Shown here: positions 43,897 through 53,654 of the stretch, piece by piece | How positions within the stretch are numbered: position 1 is the stretch's first letter | Layout: every line of letters begins with the position of its first letter | Origin: Candidatus Fraserbacteria bacterium | GTDB taxonomy: Bacteria; Bipolaricaulota; Bipolaricaulia; RBG-16-55-9; DRXL01 | Length of the DNA: 64,000 nucleotides | Assembly: GCA_947085185.1 (NCBI GenBank) | Contig: CAMTVK010000003.1 | Location: 128,001 to 192,000, forward strand | Direction: 5' to 3' | Translations under genes and position numbers: made by a program | The notes under the pieces: generated by a model | Told to the model about the DNA's origin: nothing | Database searches by the model: none | The model's input: the letters and a program-made list of their open reading frames with translations, nothing else

Positions 43897-45384
43897 ATGA
43901 TGCACACGACCAGCAGAGAGCACGAGCTCGATCTGGGACGCCTGCGCCTGCACGGCTTGGCCGCGCTTGCTGGGCTGTTGGTGCTAGGCGGTCTGCTCTT
44001 CCCCTGGAGCGCGTTCGTGCAGCTCGTAGCGAGACATAAAGCGCTCACGGGCGTCTTTTTTGTTTTAGCGCTGCTGGTTCTTGAGTCCTCGGGATATCTG
44101 CTCATCCGCGCGGTGCGCGCACGATCTGTCACCCAAACGGAAGCGCTCGTCCCGCTCTTCTACAGCGCCGCGGGAGTGCTCCATATACTCTTTGGGGTCT
44201 TCTTTCTCATGCCCATCAATCCCCTCGCGACCGTGTATCTTTTGGGTGCAGCGGCGCTGGCCGTGGGCACGCCCTTCTTATGGCCCCAAAGCCCGAAGAT
44301 CCGTGTCTTTCTTAACGGCAAGGCGTTTCTCTTCAGCACTCTCAGCGCGGTCGCCCTCACGCTCGTAGCAGCGATTGCGCTCTTTTCGTGGGGCTGGGCG
44401 CAGCGCCCTCTCAGCACCAACCCTCCGAGCGCTGAGTTTGTCGTCTCGTCCCAGACGACCAAAGTCGGCGAGCCCATAGACTTTGACGCGAGCGCTTCCC
44501 AAGCTCGCCAGGGCAAGCTCGCCAGCTATGATTGGGATTTCGGCGATGGCATCTGGTACGAAGCCCCAGCACCCCAAGGGGCGAAAGTCACGCATGTCTA
44601 CTACGAGCCCGGTCACTACGAAGTGATGCTCAGAGTCACCGACGACCGCGGCGCAGTGAGCGCCGCATACAGTATCTTTATCACGGTGCAAGGAGACACC
44701 GGGCTTGAGAACGTGATGCAGCTCCCCGGACAACAGATCCTCGGGATGACCTGGGACGGCGCGCGCCTCTGGGTTGTAGACTCCAAGAACAGAACGCTCT
44801 ACTCTGGCCCCTCTGAGTCGTCTTGGGGAGCTCACGAGCTCCCCAAGGAGATCCAATGGCCTGCAGGGATCGAATGGGATGGGCAGAGCTTCTGGATCGC
44901 CGATCTTGGCACAATGACTATTTATAGACTTGCACCGGAGAGCTTTGACATTCTCTCACGCTGGGCGTACCCTGGCACAATCCCCGCGGACTTGGCCTGG
45001 GACGGAAGATATCTCTGGGCCATCGACGAGATAGATTCTGTGCTCCATGCGTTCGACCCGGCCGACGGCCGCACAGTGAAAGAGATCAAGCTCGATGCCG
45101 AAATCTTCCCCCGCCCTGTGGGGGTAGCTTGGGACGGCATCGCGCTGTGGGTCTCGGATATGCACTACGGCATTCGTCGGATTGACCCAGAAAACGGGCG
45201 CGTCTTAGGAACGATGGCCGCGCCGGAGGGCGGCTCGTACCCCATCGCGTTGGCGTGGGACTCCGGCAGCCAGGGCTACGGACGGCTCTTAGTCGCTGAT
45301 CACGACACAAAAAAGCTCTATCAAGTAAGACTGAGAGCGTGGGGCAAGGAGAAGCCCAGCCTCGGTGAGGGCGTTAGCCCATAG
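43897..45384 (+). CDS. membrane protein with PKD domain and beta-propeller (LAWDG repeats)
   Basis: About five TM segments, SYDWDFGDG, repeated G-x-x-WDG-x-x-LW-x-x-D. Confidence 0.75.
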   Translation: MMHTTSREHELDLGRLRLHGLAALAGLLVLGGLLFPWSAFVQLVARHKALTGVFFVLALLVLESSGYLLIRAVRARSVTQTEALVPLFYSAAGVLHILFGVFFLMPINPLATVYLLGAAALAVGTPFLWPQSPKIRVFLNGKAFLFSTLSAVALTLVAAIALFSWGWAQRPLSTNPPSAEFVVSSQTTKVGEPIDFDASASQARQGKLASYDWDFGDGIWYEAPAPQGAKVTHVYYEPGHYEVMLRVTDDRGAVSAAYSIFITVQGDTGLENVMQLPGQQILGMTWDGARLWVVDSKNRTLYSGPSESSWGAHELPKEIQWPAGIEWDGQSFWIADLGTMTIYRLAPESFDILSRWAYPGTIPADLAWDGRYLWAIDEIDSVLHAFDPADGRTVKEIKLDAEIFPRPVGVAWDGIALWVSDMHYGIRRIDPENGRVLGTMAAPEGGSYPIALAWDSGSQGYGRLLVADHDTKKLYQVRLRAWGKEKPSLGEGVSP

Positions 45385-45389
45385 CCCTT

Positions 45390-46496
45390 ATGAACGATCT
45401 CGAAGCGAAACGCTACTGGATCGCGCTCACGCTGATTCCCAATCTCTCTCCGCGAAAATTTCACATTCTGTTAGAGAATTTCTCTAGCCCGCAAGAGATC
45501 TGGGAAGCACCGCTGGCAAAACTCAAAGAGATCCCGGGCTTTGCCGAGTCCGCTGAGACCTTTTGCGCGCACCGTCAAAGAGCTGATCTTGAGAAAGCTC
45601 TGGAACAGATCGCGCGGCTCCAGCTCACTGTCATCACGCTCGAAGACGCACGCTATCCGGAGCCGTTACGCGCCATCGCCGATCCCCCTCCGGTGCTCTA
45701 TCTTCGCGGAAACTATAGTGAGAAAGACACATTGGCGATCGCCCTGGTGGGCACGCGCGACGCGACCCCCTACGGACGTCGCGTCGCGCAGCAGCTGGCG
45801 GGGGAGCTGGGGCGTGTGGGGTTCACTATTGTGAGTGGGCTGGCCGAGGGCATTGATACGGCGGCACACCGAGGCGCGCTCAAGGCCGGTGCCCGCACGA
45901 TCGCCGTGATCGGGAGCGGCTTCGCCCGGCTCTATCCCCAAAGCAATCAGAAGCTCCTAGAAGAGATCGTCTCCAACGGGTGTGCCATGACGGAGTTTGC
46001 CCCAGAAGTCGCCCCGGAGAGATGGACTTTCCCTCAGAGAAATAGAATTATCAGCGGGCTGAGCCGAGGCGTAGTTGTCGTCGAGGCGCCCGCAGAGAGC
46101 GGCGCGCTCATCACAGCGCGCTGGGCGCTCGAGCAGAACCGCGAGGTCTTCGCCGTGCCCGGCTCAATCTTCAGCGAAGCGCAGCGCGGCTGCCATAAGC
46201 TCATCAAAGACGGGGCCAAGCTCGTGGAAAGCGTCACTGATATCTTGGAAGAGTTCAAAGATTTACGGGTGCTCTTCCAAGTGCGCAAGGAGAAGCCAAC
46301 CCCAGCGCCAAAGCTCCAGCTCTCCCCATTGCAAGAGAAGATCCTTTCTGTATTGGAGTTTGAGCCGACGCACTTTGACGAGATCGTGAGCAAGACCGGG
46401 CTCTCCGTGGGAGAGGTCTCCGAAGGTCTGCTGACGCTCACTTTGCAAGGGGCCGTGCAAGAACTGGAGGGCAAGCACTATGTGAAGCTGCCGTGA
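45390..46496 (+). CDS. dprA: DNA-processing protein DprA
   Basis: VGTR, VSGLAEGIDTAAH, FPQRNRIISGLS, SGALITA. Confidence 0.95.
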   Translation: MNDLEAKRYWIALTLIPNLSPRKFHILLENFSSPQEIWEAPLAKLKEIPGFAESAETFCAHRQRADLEKALEQIARLQLTVITLEDARYPEPLRAIADPPPVLYLRGNYSEKDTLAIALVGTRDATPYGRRVAQQLAGELGRVGFTIVSGLAEGIDTAAHRGALKAGARTIAVIGSGFARLYPQSNQKLLEEIVSNGCAMTEFAPEVAPERWTFPQRNRIISGLSRGVVVVEAPAESGALITARWALEQNREVFAVPGSIFSEAQRGCHKLIKDGAKLVESVTDILEEFKDLRVLFQVRKEKPTPAPKLQLSPLQEKILSVLEFEPTHFDEIVSKTGLSVGEVSEGLLTLTLQGAVQELEGKHYVKLP

Positions 46497-46503
46497 GTAT
46501 ATT

Positions 46504-47568
46504 CTAGCGAATCTCGATGCTCCCGTTCGTCGTCGTCGCGGTGATTGTGATCTTCGTTTGAGCAATCTGAAAATTGTTCGTTTCGCCCTCGATGTGGCGG
46601 CGCTCACCTTGCCGAAAGATAAAGTTGGGAATCTGCACGCGCACGCGGCTGGTCACGCTCTGAGCCGAGATCGCATACCCAATCTGAGAGTCATCAGGCA
46701 CATCGAGTTCAATCGAACCGTTGAATGTGCTCAGCTCATAGCGTCCTGTGACGCTCCCTAAGACTAGATCAATCGAGCCGTTGGCTGTCGTGATCGTCGC
46801 TTGGCTGGCTGAGAGCTTTCCGGTGATGGAGCCGTTGGCCGTCTGGAGTTGTGCGTGCTGGGTCGTGAGAGTGTTGAGGGTGATGCGTCCGTTGGTCACG
46901 TTCAGATTGGCTTGAGCTGCGTTGATCTCTTGGACGTTGATGGTGCCGTTGAGGGTGCTGAGTTTGAGTTCGTAGACGCGCCCGCGCGGCAGCAGAAGCT
47001 GTACGTCGGTCTCCAGCGAGCTGAGCGGGCCAAATGAGGCTCTCGGTGCGCGAAATCTGATCTCTGTTGGAGAGAGCTCTGGTGGAAGCGTCACGCTGCG
47101 AATGAGCCGTTGGGCTTCTTCAGAGCTCCACGCGCGAGCCCGCGCCGTGATCGTGATCTGAAATGACTCGTTCTCCCAGGTCTGCACGGTTGCGCTGCCG
47201 TTTTGCAGGTCAAGCGTAACTGAGAGCGTTGCCGCGGACGGCTCGAACGCGCCATCGAACGAGAAAGTCTTTTCGGCGCGCTCTGGGCCGATCACGTTCA
47301 CCCACGTCGCTGCGCCCGATCCGGAGACGAGCAGTCCCAACACCGCTGCACCGACGACCAGCGCCACTACGTGAATGAGCTCATCAAAGAGCGCCGAACG
47401 TGACCAGAGCGCCAGCGCGAAACAGATCAATAAGACAATTCCAGCAGTAAGCACTAAATCCGCGCGCTCGATGGGAGCGAACACGCCCCAGTCTATATAC
47501 TGTAATGCGAGCACGAAGACCCCGATAAAGATCAAAAACTCTCCTAAGCGCACGGTGCCGGATCTCAT
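46504..47568 (-). CDS. membrane protein with DUF4097 beta-strand repeats
   Basis: Three TM segments then T-x-N-G-x-I repeats; start MRSGTV with AGGAGG. Confidence 0.8.
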   Translation of the reverse strand: MRSGTVRLGEFLIFIGVFVLALQYIDWGVFAPIERADLVLTAGIVLLICFALALWSRSALFDELIHVVALVVGAAVLGLLVSGSGAATWVNVIGPERAEKTFSFDGAFEPSAATLSVTLDLQNGSATVQTWENESFQITITARARAWSSEEAQRLIRSVTLPPELSPTEIRFRAPRASFGPLSSLETDVQLLLPRGRVYELKLSTLNGTINVQEINAAQANLNVTNGRITLNTLTTQHAQLQTANGSITGKLSASQATITTANGSIDLVLGSVTGRYELSTFNGSIELDVPDDSQIGYAISAQSVTSRVRVQIPNFIFRQGERRHIEGETNNFQIAQTKITITATTTNGSIEIR

Positions 47569-47792
47569 GGCTGTCCTCCTTGTTGGGAGTCCGTGTCGGA
47601 CCGTGCCGGACGGGTGCGCACCAGGCCCGAAATCAAGAGCGCAATCCCGAAGATAATCAAAACTCCCGGCAGCACGAATCGCCACGACATCTCGAACCAG
47701 CCCATCAGCGAGAGCCGCCATGCCAGCCCCCCTAAGATCAAGACGACCCCCCAGAAGAGATATTTATATGGGCTATGAATTTTTTCAGACAT
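47565..47792 (-). CDS. small LiaF/DUF5668-like membrane protein
   Basis: FWGVVLILGG...W..VLPGVLIIFGI; SD GGAGG. Confidence 0.65.
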   Translation of the reverse strand: MSEKIHSPYKYLFWGVVLILGGLAWRLSLMGWFEMSWRFVLPGVLIIFGIALLISGLVRTRPARSDTDSQQGGQP

Positions 47793-48180
47793 TTGGACCA
47801 CCTCCGCGACGCGCGTAGGCAAAGCCGACTAAAAGCACCCCGACAGCGATGAGCAAGACCGCCCAGGGCAGTTCTGGGAGATACTGTCTCACGAGCGAGT
47901 ACACGCCGATACCAATTAAGAGCAGCCCGCTGAAGATGAGCCAATCTTCTGAGCGTGGAAGTGTCAGGGTGAGCGCGGGCTGGCTTGGGTGAGAGGCTGT
48001 CTGCGATTGTGCGTAGAGCTTGGCGATCAAGAGACTGGCGATGAGCGCGCCGATGGGCCAGAAGACCCAGCTGACAATGACCATCCCGATAGCAAAGCTG
48101 GGATTGACAGCGTAGCGCGCGATGAGATCGCCCAGCTCAGCGAAGAACTGCAAGAGCGATTTAGACGACTCTGCACTCAT
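47785..48180 (-). CDS. membrane protein (DUF5668-like C-terminus)
   Basis: GLLLIGIG...WAVLLIAVG; SD GGGAGG. Confidence 0.6.
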   Translation of the reverse strand: MSAESSKSLLQFFAELGDLIARYAVNPSFAIGMVIVSWVFWPIGALIASLLIAKLYAQSQTASHPSQPALTLTLPRSEDWLIFSGLLLIGIGVYSLVRQYLPELPWAVLLIAVGVLLVGFAYARRGGGPNV

Positions 48181-48195
48181 GAGAGTACCCTCCCT

Positions 48196-49119
48196 TCAGT
48201 ATCGCGGCACAGCGTGCCAGCCCTCCAGCGCTCGCAAGAGATAGAGCACCTCCGGCTTGATCTCACTCAGCGAGATATTTGTAGCACTCCCTCGCCCAAA
48301 AAGCAACTCCAACAGCCCCGGCGCCGCCGGACGATACTCGATCACCGCAGGCTCAGGTACCCCGGCCAGCTCTCCCGCTATTTTGATGGCATCATCCAGA
48401 TCGCCAAGCTGATCTATCAACCCCAATGAGAGCGCCTGCACCCCCGAATAGACTTGTCCGGTCGCAAGCTCACGCACCCTCTCGATGGGGAGCCTGCGCC
48501 CATCCGCTACTGCTTGAATGAACTGCTCATAGAGTTCGTCCACGTATTGTTGAAGGAGCGTGCGCTCCTCATCGCTCAAGGGGCGCAGCCCACGAAAGAT
48601 GTCTTTATACTTGCCAGATTTGAAGATCTCCGGCTTGATCCCCAGATTTTTCAGAAGCTCTTCGACAGAGAAGAACAGCGCGATCACGCCGATGCTGCCC
48701 GTTGTCGTCCCCGCATGGGCCAGGATCTTATCAGCATAAAGCGAGATATAGTAGCCTCCGGAAGCTGCGATGTCGCCCATCGAGACGACGACAGGCTTCT
48801 TCGTCTTCTCTCTGAATTTTTTAATGTGCGAAGCAATCGCTTGAGAGGCCGCGACCGTGCCTCCAGGGCTATCTATGCGCAAGACGAGAGCTTTGACCGA
48901 AGGATCGTGCTCGGCTCTCTTGAGGAAGCCCTCGACTTGGGCGGGGGTGATTCCGCCTCCTCCTAGAAGCCCCGTATCGAGGGATTCGCTGATCGGGCCG
49001 CTCAAGCGCACCAGCGCGACCTTGGGCCGCAAGCCAAACGCGATCTGCTGCGCCGCAACCCAGATCACATAGATGCCGACGAGAATGAGTATGACCCACA
49101 GAATGCGCCGTCCACGCAT
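48196..49119 (-). CDS. sppA: signal peptide peptidase SppA
   Basis: IDSPGG, AASGGYYI, TGSIGV, KSGKYKD. Confidence 0.93.
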   Translation of the reverse strand: MRGRRILWVILILVGIYVIWVAAQQIAFGLRPKVALVRLSGPISESLDTGLLGGGGITPAQVEGFLKRAEHDPSVKALVLRIDSPGGTVAASQAIASHIKKFREKTKKPVVVSMGDIAASGGYYISLYADKILAHAGTTTGSIGVIALFFSVEELLKNLGIKPEIFKSGKYKDIFRGLRPLSDEERTLLQQYVDELYEQFIQAVADGRRLPIERVRELATGQVYSGVQALSLGLIDQLGDLDDAIKIAGELAGVPEPAVIEYRPAAPGLLELLFGRGSATNISLSEIKPEVLYLLRALEGWHAVPRY

Positions 49120-49194
49120 AGGCACCTCCTGCTTTTCTGCATCTCATCTAGAACGCAAACTCGCGCTCAACGCGCACGCTCCAGCCATTTCGTC

Positions 49195-52011
49195 TTAAAA
49201 ATTGCTCCCAAAGTCAAAATAGAGAATCGGGCCAGGCTGCCCCTGCCCTTGGGCCAGCCCAAATCTGAGCTCAATGGGCATCCTATAACCGAGCACAACC
49301 CGCAAGCGCAGCTCGCCCCCATAGCCAAAAAGAGCTTCGTCTGACGGCAGGGGCTTGCCGGAGAGATACGCCCCTTCGGTAAAGAGCAGCCCGTCTATGC
49401 GATCGAAGAAGACTGACCATAGTCCCACGCCCTTGCCAATGTGCAAGATCGGGAAGAGCAGCTCCCAACTCGTATAGGCGATCTGAGAAGCCCTGAAATC
49501 TATGGGGAAGCCGCGCAGGGGCCATGATCCTCCTGGCCCGCCTATGCGAAATGGCCTGAGATCATCGCGCGCGAGCACTGTGAAGCGACTCAACCGATTC
49601 TCAAACCCCAAGGGCAATTGCAAGCTCTCGCGCTGCTCGATCCGAAAGAGCATCTTCCATGAGTTATCGTGCAGGGCAAACTGGACCGAGAGTTTTAAAT
49701 CTCGTCCGACGCGCAAAAGATCGCTCCCGCCCTCGAGTGATTCGCTATAGCGCACCAAGAGCGACGGGACGAGCGTTTCGGCTTGGTGCAGTTGTGCCCC
49801 CAGGGCGAGCGTCTGGGTTCGTCCTATTACGCGCGAGAAGGTCAGCTCTATCTCTGCTCGCGCGACGCTCTCAGATTCGGCGTTATGTTCAAGATGCGCC
49901 AAAAATTTGGGGCTCAGCGCATTGACTGTATCTTCGAGCCAGCCCCACCAGCGTCGCTCGGTCCGCAGGGCAAATGCTCCAGAGTAGTCGAGCGCCAGCA
50001 CCGGCTGCTGCGTCGCAAGATCGAGCCCGGCGTACAGCGTATAGTTCTGATGCCCCAGAGGATCGAACCCCATCGCAAAGAGAGCTGGTTGCAGGGGATT
50101 GGGAACGGGGACCCACAGGCGCGGTGCTAAGAACTCTTTGGCGCGATAGGGCTTTTCTGACAGAGATCCCGTGCGCCAGCCGGGCCATTGTGGGACTGTC
50201 TCGCGAGCGAACTCCACCGGCTTCCAGCTTTGCGGATCGTAGTCCATCAGATGGAGCTCATAGCCCTTGGTGCTGTAACTAATAAAAGCGATCTTGGTCG
50301 CGTCCGGGGAGACCGCTGGGGCAAACGCCCCCGTCAGCACGTTCGTGACTCTCAAGAACTGCCCGTCAGAGAGGCGATACGCGTAGAGATTAAAGACGCC
50401 GTCGCGCTCCGAGCTGAAGAGCACGAAGTTTCCCTCGGGGGACCAGTCGGGATCGAAATCGCCGGCTTTGTCCTGGGTGATGGGCGTCACGTGGGGAGAA
50501 GAGCCGGATGAAAGATCAAGCAGATAGAGATCTTGATAGCCACCCATCCTCCAGAGGGTAAGGGCGATCTTCTGGCCGTCGGGCGAGATCACGAAAGAAT
50601 CTACGAGGGTCCCCGCAGGAAACTCATAAAACGGCACGATTCGCCCGGTGTCAAGCTCATAGATGGAGAGTATGGGGTCTTGTCCGTTGGGGCGCTGCTG
50701 GGCAAAGAGAATTCTTCTGCCATCTGGGAAGAACACGGGATGATAGGCGCGGGCGCGCTCCGTCAGCCGACGCTCTTCTTTCCTCTCTAAGTCCCACAGA
50801 TAGAGATCAGCATAGACATAGTGATTCTCGAAGATCTCGTGTCTGGTGAAGAGCACGGACTTTCCGTCGGGGGAGACGTGAGGAGCTGGCGCAAAGAACG
50901 GCGGTCTGAAGAAGTCGAGCTCGAAGGGCACAGCGAAGAGAGCGTGATCGTCTTTGCCGTCAGGGGTGATGCGTCGGATGGAGGCCTCGCGCACTCGATC
51001 TTTGTGATAGTAATAGATGAATTTCCCATCGGGCGACCAGGTGGGGTCGTTGTTCCAATACTCAAGACGGCTGATCTTTCGAGATGGCGTGATGCCCTCG
51101 CTCTTGATCTGTGCGATTTGGGGTTCAAACTGGGCTCTGAGCCATGCGTGCCAAGCTCTCTCCAGCTCGTGCGCCGAGACGCCAAGGGCTCTCTTAAAAA
51201 TTCTTTCAAAGTCATGGATCGCGCCAAGAGTGACGATGGGCAGCAGCGAGTCGGCGTTGAGCTCATCTATAAGCGCGAGCTTATCGTCGCCGTATTGTTC
51301 GGCGATGAAGCGCACAAACCAGGCGCCCCAGTCGTGCGTGAGCATATATCCCGATGGCCAGTGCGGGGGATCGTAGCCATAGCCGACGCCCATCTGATCG
51401 AGTGAGATAAATTTATTCTCTAGGACTTGGGTGCGGAAGTACATGGCGTCGCGAGCAGAGTTGGAGCGTGAGGCGCCGGAGCGTTTCAGTTCAAAATAGA
51501 TGGGAATCCCTTCAATGAGCGTGCCGGGCTTTGCGCCATTGGTGAGCGTGAGCACCGGGCCGAGCCACGGGCGCAGTCTTTCAGAGAGCCCCGCAGTCTT
51601 TGTGATATCAAAGATGTGCCCGATCTCGTGATATAAGACGTTCTCAAGCCATGAGGGATTTTGGGGATTGAGCCATTCGTTGAACACTCGGGCGTTGGAG
51701 ACGCTGGCGATCACGTCGCCGAAGGGATTGGCCGCCCCAACAGCGAAGTCTGACGGGTCCGCTAAGATAATATTGATCTTCGTGGGCACGCGATATTTGA
51801 GCTCGCGGACCCAGAAGTCATACGCTTCTTCGCTGATGAGCGCAGCTTCTTGAGCAATCGCTTCTAACCCTTGGGGGTAGATCACACGAAAGTGCTCCGT
51901 CTGGAGCACGTACCAATCGAGCGTGGGGTCCAGATCGAGAAACTGTGCGGACGCTGAAAAACCGACCGAGAAAGCCCACAAGAGCGCAAGACCGTGCGCT
52001 ACAAGACGCAT
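49195..52011 (-). CDS. exported protein: HExxH domain, TolB propeller, Omp85/BamA-like barrel tail
   Basis: Signal peptide, QTEHFRV, YHEIGH, PD40 repeats, PLRGF motif, terminal FDFGSNF. Confidence 0.75.
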   Translation of the reverse strand: MRLVAHGLALLWAFSVGFSASAQFLDLDPTLDWYVLQTEHFRVIYPQGLEAIAQEAALISEEAYDFWVRELKYRVPTKINIILADPSDFAVGAANPFGDVIASVSNARVFNEWLNPQNPSWLENVLYHEIGHIFDITKTAGLSERLRPWLGPVLTLTNGAKPGTLIEGIPIYFELKRSGASRSNSARDAMYFRTQVLENKFISLDQMGVGYGYDPPHWPSGYMLTHDWGAWFVRFIAEQYGDDKLALIDELNADSLLPIVTLGAIHDFERIFKRALGVSAHELERAWHAWLRAQFEPQIAQIKSEGITPSRKISRLEYWNNDPTWSPDGKFIYYYHKDRVREASIRRITPDGKDDHALFAVPFELDFFRPPFFAPAPHVSPDGKSVLFTRHEIFENHYVYADLYLWDLERKEERRLTERARAYHPVFFPDGRRILFAQQRPNGQDPILSIYELDTGRIVPFYEFPAGTLVDSFVISPDGQKIALTLWRMGGYQDLYLLDLSSGSSPHVTPITQDKAGDFDPDWSPEGNFVLFSSERDGVFNLYAYRLSDGQFLRVTNVLTGAFAPAVSPDATKIAFISYSTKGYELHLMDYDPQSWKPVEFARETVPQWPGWRTGSLSEKPYRAKEFLAPRLWVPVPNPLQPALFAMGFDPLGHQNYTLYAGLDLATQQPVLALDYSGAFALRTERRWWGWLEDTVNALSPKFLAHLEHNAESESVARAEIELTFSRVIGRTQTLALGAQLHQAETLVPSLLVRYSESLEGGSDLLRVGRDLKLSVQFALHDNSWKMLFRIEQRESLQLPLGFENRLSRFTVLARDDLRPFRIGGPGGSWPLRGFPIDFRASQIAYTSWELLFPILHIGKGVGLWSVFFDRIDGLLFTEGAYLSGKPLPSDEALFGYGGELRLRVVLGYRMPIELRFGLAQGQGQPGPILYFDFGSNF

Positions 52012-52031
52012 CTTTGCTGCCTCCTTGGATA

Positions 52032-52129
52032 TTTGAATCACGGAAGACACGGAAATAAGTCACAGAAGGCACGGAAGTAAAAGCACTTCCGTGGCATCCG
52101 TGATCGTTCCGTGCTTTCCGTGATTCAAA
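52032..52129. repeat. palindromic element copy C (best preserved)
   Basis: Perfect 14-bp terminal IR TTTGAATCACGGAA/TTCCGTGATTCAAA. Confidence 0.85.
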
Positions 52130-52354
52130 CTATCCCCCGAAATCTTCGACCTTGAAGCCCTGGGCTTCTTCGAGGACTTTCTTGACGCGCAGCTGGGCTT
52201 CGCTCAATCTCTTCTGGATCGAATCGGCGAGCTTGACCCCTTCCTCAAAGAGCTCTAGCGACTCTTCAAGAGAGATCTGCTCATTTTCTAGGTGGCGCAC
52301 GATCTCTTCGAGCCGAGCGAGCGCCGCCTCAATCTTGAGGGCTTTCTTCTCCAT
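52130..52354 (-). CDS. xseB: exodeoxyribonuclease VII small subunit
   Basis: EAALARLEEIVRHLE..ISLEESLELFEEG. Confidence 0.93.
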   Translation of the reverse strand: MEKKALKIEAALARLEEIVRHLENEQISLEESLELFEEGVKLADSIQKRLSEAQLRVKKVLEEAQGFKVEDFGG

Positions 52355-53612
52355 GGTCAGGCTCCTTCGCTTCGACACGACTCAGCAGCCTCCCCCGATG
52401 GAGTCGAATCGTGACGCGCTCGCCTACGGTGACTTGAGCAGCAGAGCGCACGATCTGCCCAGATTCGCTCTCCACTACAGAAAAGCCGCGCTGCAACAGG
52501 CGGACGGGGTTCAAGCTCTCCAGATGGCGCACCAGGCCCTGCCATCGCTCGTGGTGACGGCGCATACGCTCGTGCATCGTGCGCAGCAAGAGCTCAGTAG
52601 CGTGATCGAGGCTCTGCTGGTGGTCGCGCAGAAGCTGCACCGGCCGATGCAGCCCGCGGCTGCGCCGCACCACCTCCAGGCGCATAAGATACCCGTCTAC
52701 GCACGATGAGATGAGCTGCTGCACTCGCATCTGAGAACTTTGGGCCAATTCTAAGATCTCGCGTCGGTCGGGGACGGCCATCTGCGCTGCAGCTGTCGGC
52801 GTGGGGGCGCGCACGTCCGCGACCAGATCCGCGATCGTGATATCCACTTCGTGGCCAACAGCAGAGATCGTAGGCACTGAAGATTCGAAGATCGCGCGTG
52901 CTACCGGCTCTTCGTTGAACGCCCACAGGTCTTCTAACGAGCCGCCACCACGGGTGATGATGAGCGTATCGAGCTTCTCCACCGTGAGCGAGTAGCGATT
53001 GGCCACGCGGATCGCTGCGGCGATCTCGAGGGCTGCACCTTCACCTTGCACCTTAGCGGGGAAGAGCACGACTTCGACGACGGGGTATCGCTCTCTGAGA
53101 ATTTTTACAATATCGCGCAGGGCAGCGCCTTCAGGGGAAGTCACGATGCCGATGCGCTCCGGGAAGCGCGGGATGGGCTGCTTGAAGCGCGCGTCGAAGA
53201 GCCCTTCAGCGTGGAGGCGCTCTTTGAGCTTCTCAAATTCTAATTGGAGTTTTCCGATCCCCGCCGGACGCATCTCCAAAACATTGATTTGATAACGTCC
53301 CTTCCGTTCGTAGAGCGTGATCTGCCCAAACGCGATGACTTTCTGGCCGTCAGCGGGGGTAAATGGCAAGAGCGCATTATAATCTGAGAACATCACGGCC
53401 TCGATCTCGGCAGATTCGTCTTTGAGCGTAAAGTACATATGGCCGTTGCGATGGTGGGTAAAATTCGAGATCTCCCCTTCGAGCCAGAGGGGGGGCAGGC
53501 CCGCTTCGAGCAGATCGTGCACGACCCGATTGAGCTGGCCGACCGTCAAGATCGTCGGGGCTGTCTTGTGAGCCTGCGCCGTCTCTGTAAATAAAGATCG
53601 CATCTTGCCCAT
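52329..53612 (-). CDS. xseA: exodeoxyribonuclease VII large subunit
   Basis: GEISN, GHMYFTLKD, RGGGSLEDLWAFN, GHEVD, PTPTAAA. Confidence 0.96.
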   Translation of the reverse strand: MGKMRSLFTETAQAHKTAPTILTVGQLNRVVHDLLEAGLPPLWLEGEISNFTHHRNGHMYFTLKDESAEIEAVMFSDYNALLPFTPADGQKVIAFGQITLYERKGRYQINVLEMRPAGIGKLQLEFEKLKERLHAEGLFDARFKQPIPRFPERIGIVTSPEGAALRDIVKILRERYPVVEVVLFPAKVQGEGAALEIAAAIRVANRYSLTVEKLDTLIITRGGGSLEDLWAFNEEPVARAIFESSVPTISAVGHEVDITIADLVADVRAPTPTAAAQMAVPDRREILELAQSSQMRVQQLISSCVDGYLMRLEVVRRSRGLHRPVQLLRDHQQSLDHATELLLRTMHERMRRHHERWQGLVRHLESLNPVRLLQRGFSVVESESGQIVRSAAQVTVGERVTIRLHRGRLLSRVEAKEPDHGEESPQD

Positions 53613-53654
53613 CGCTTTATATCTTAGCGCGATGGAGCCAAGCAGGGCAAGTCC

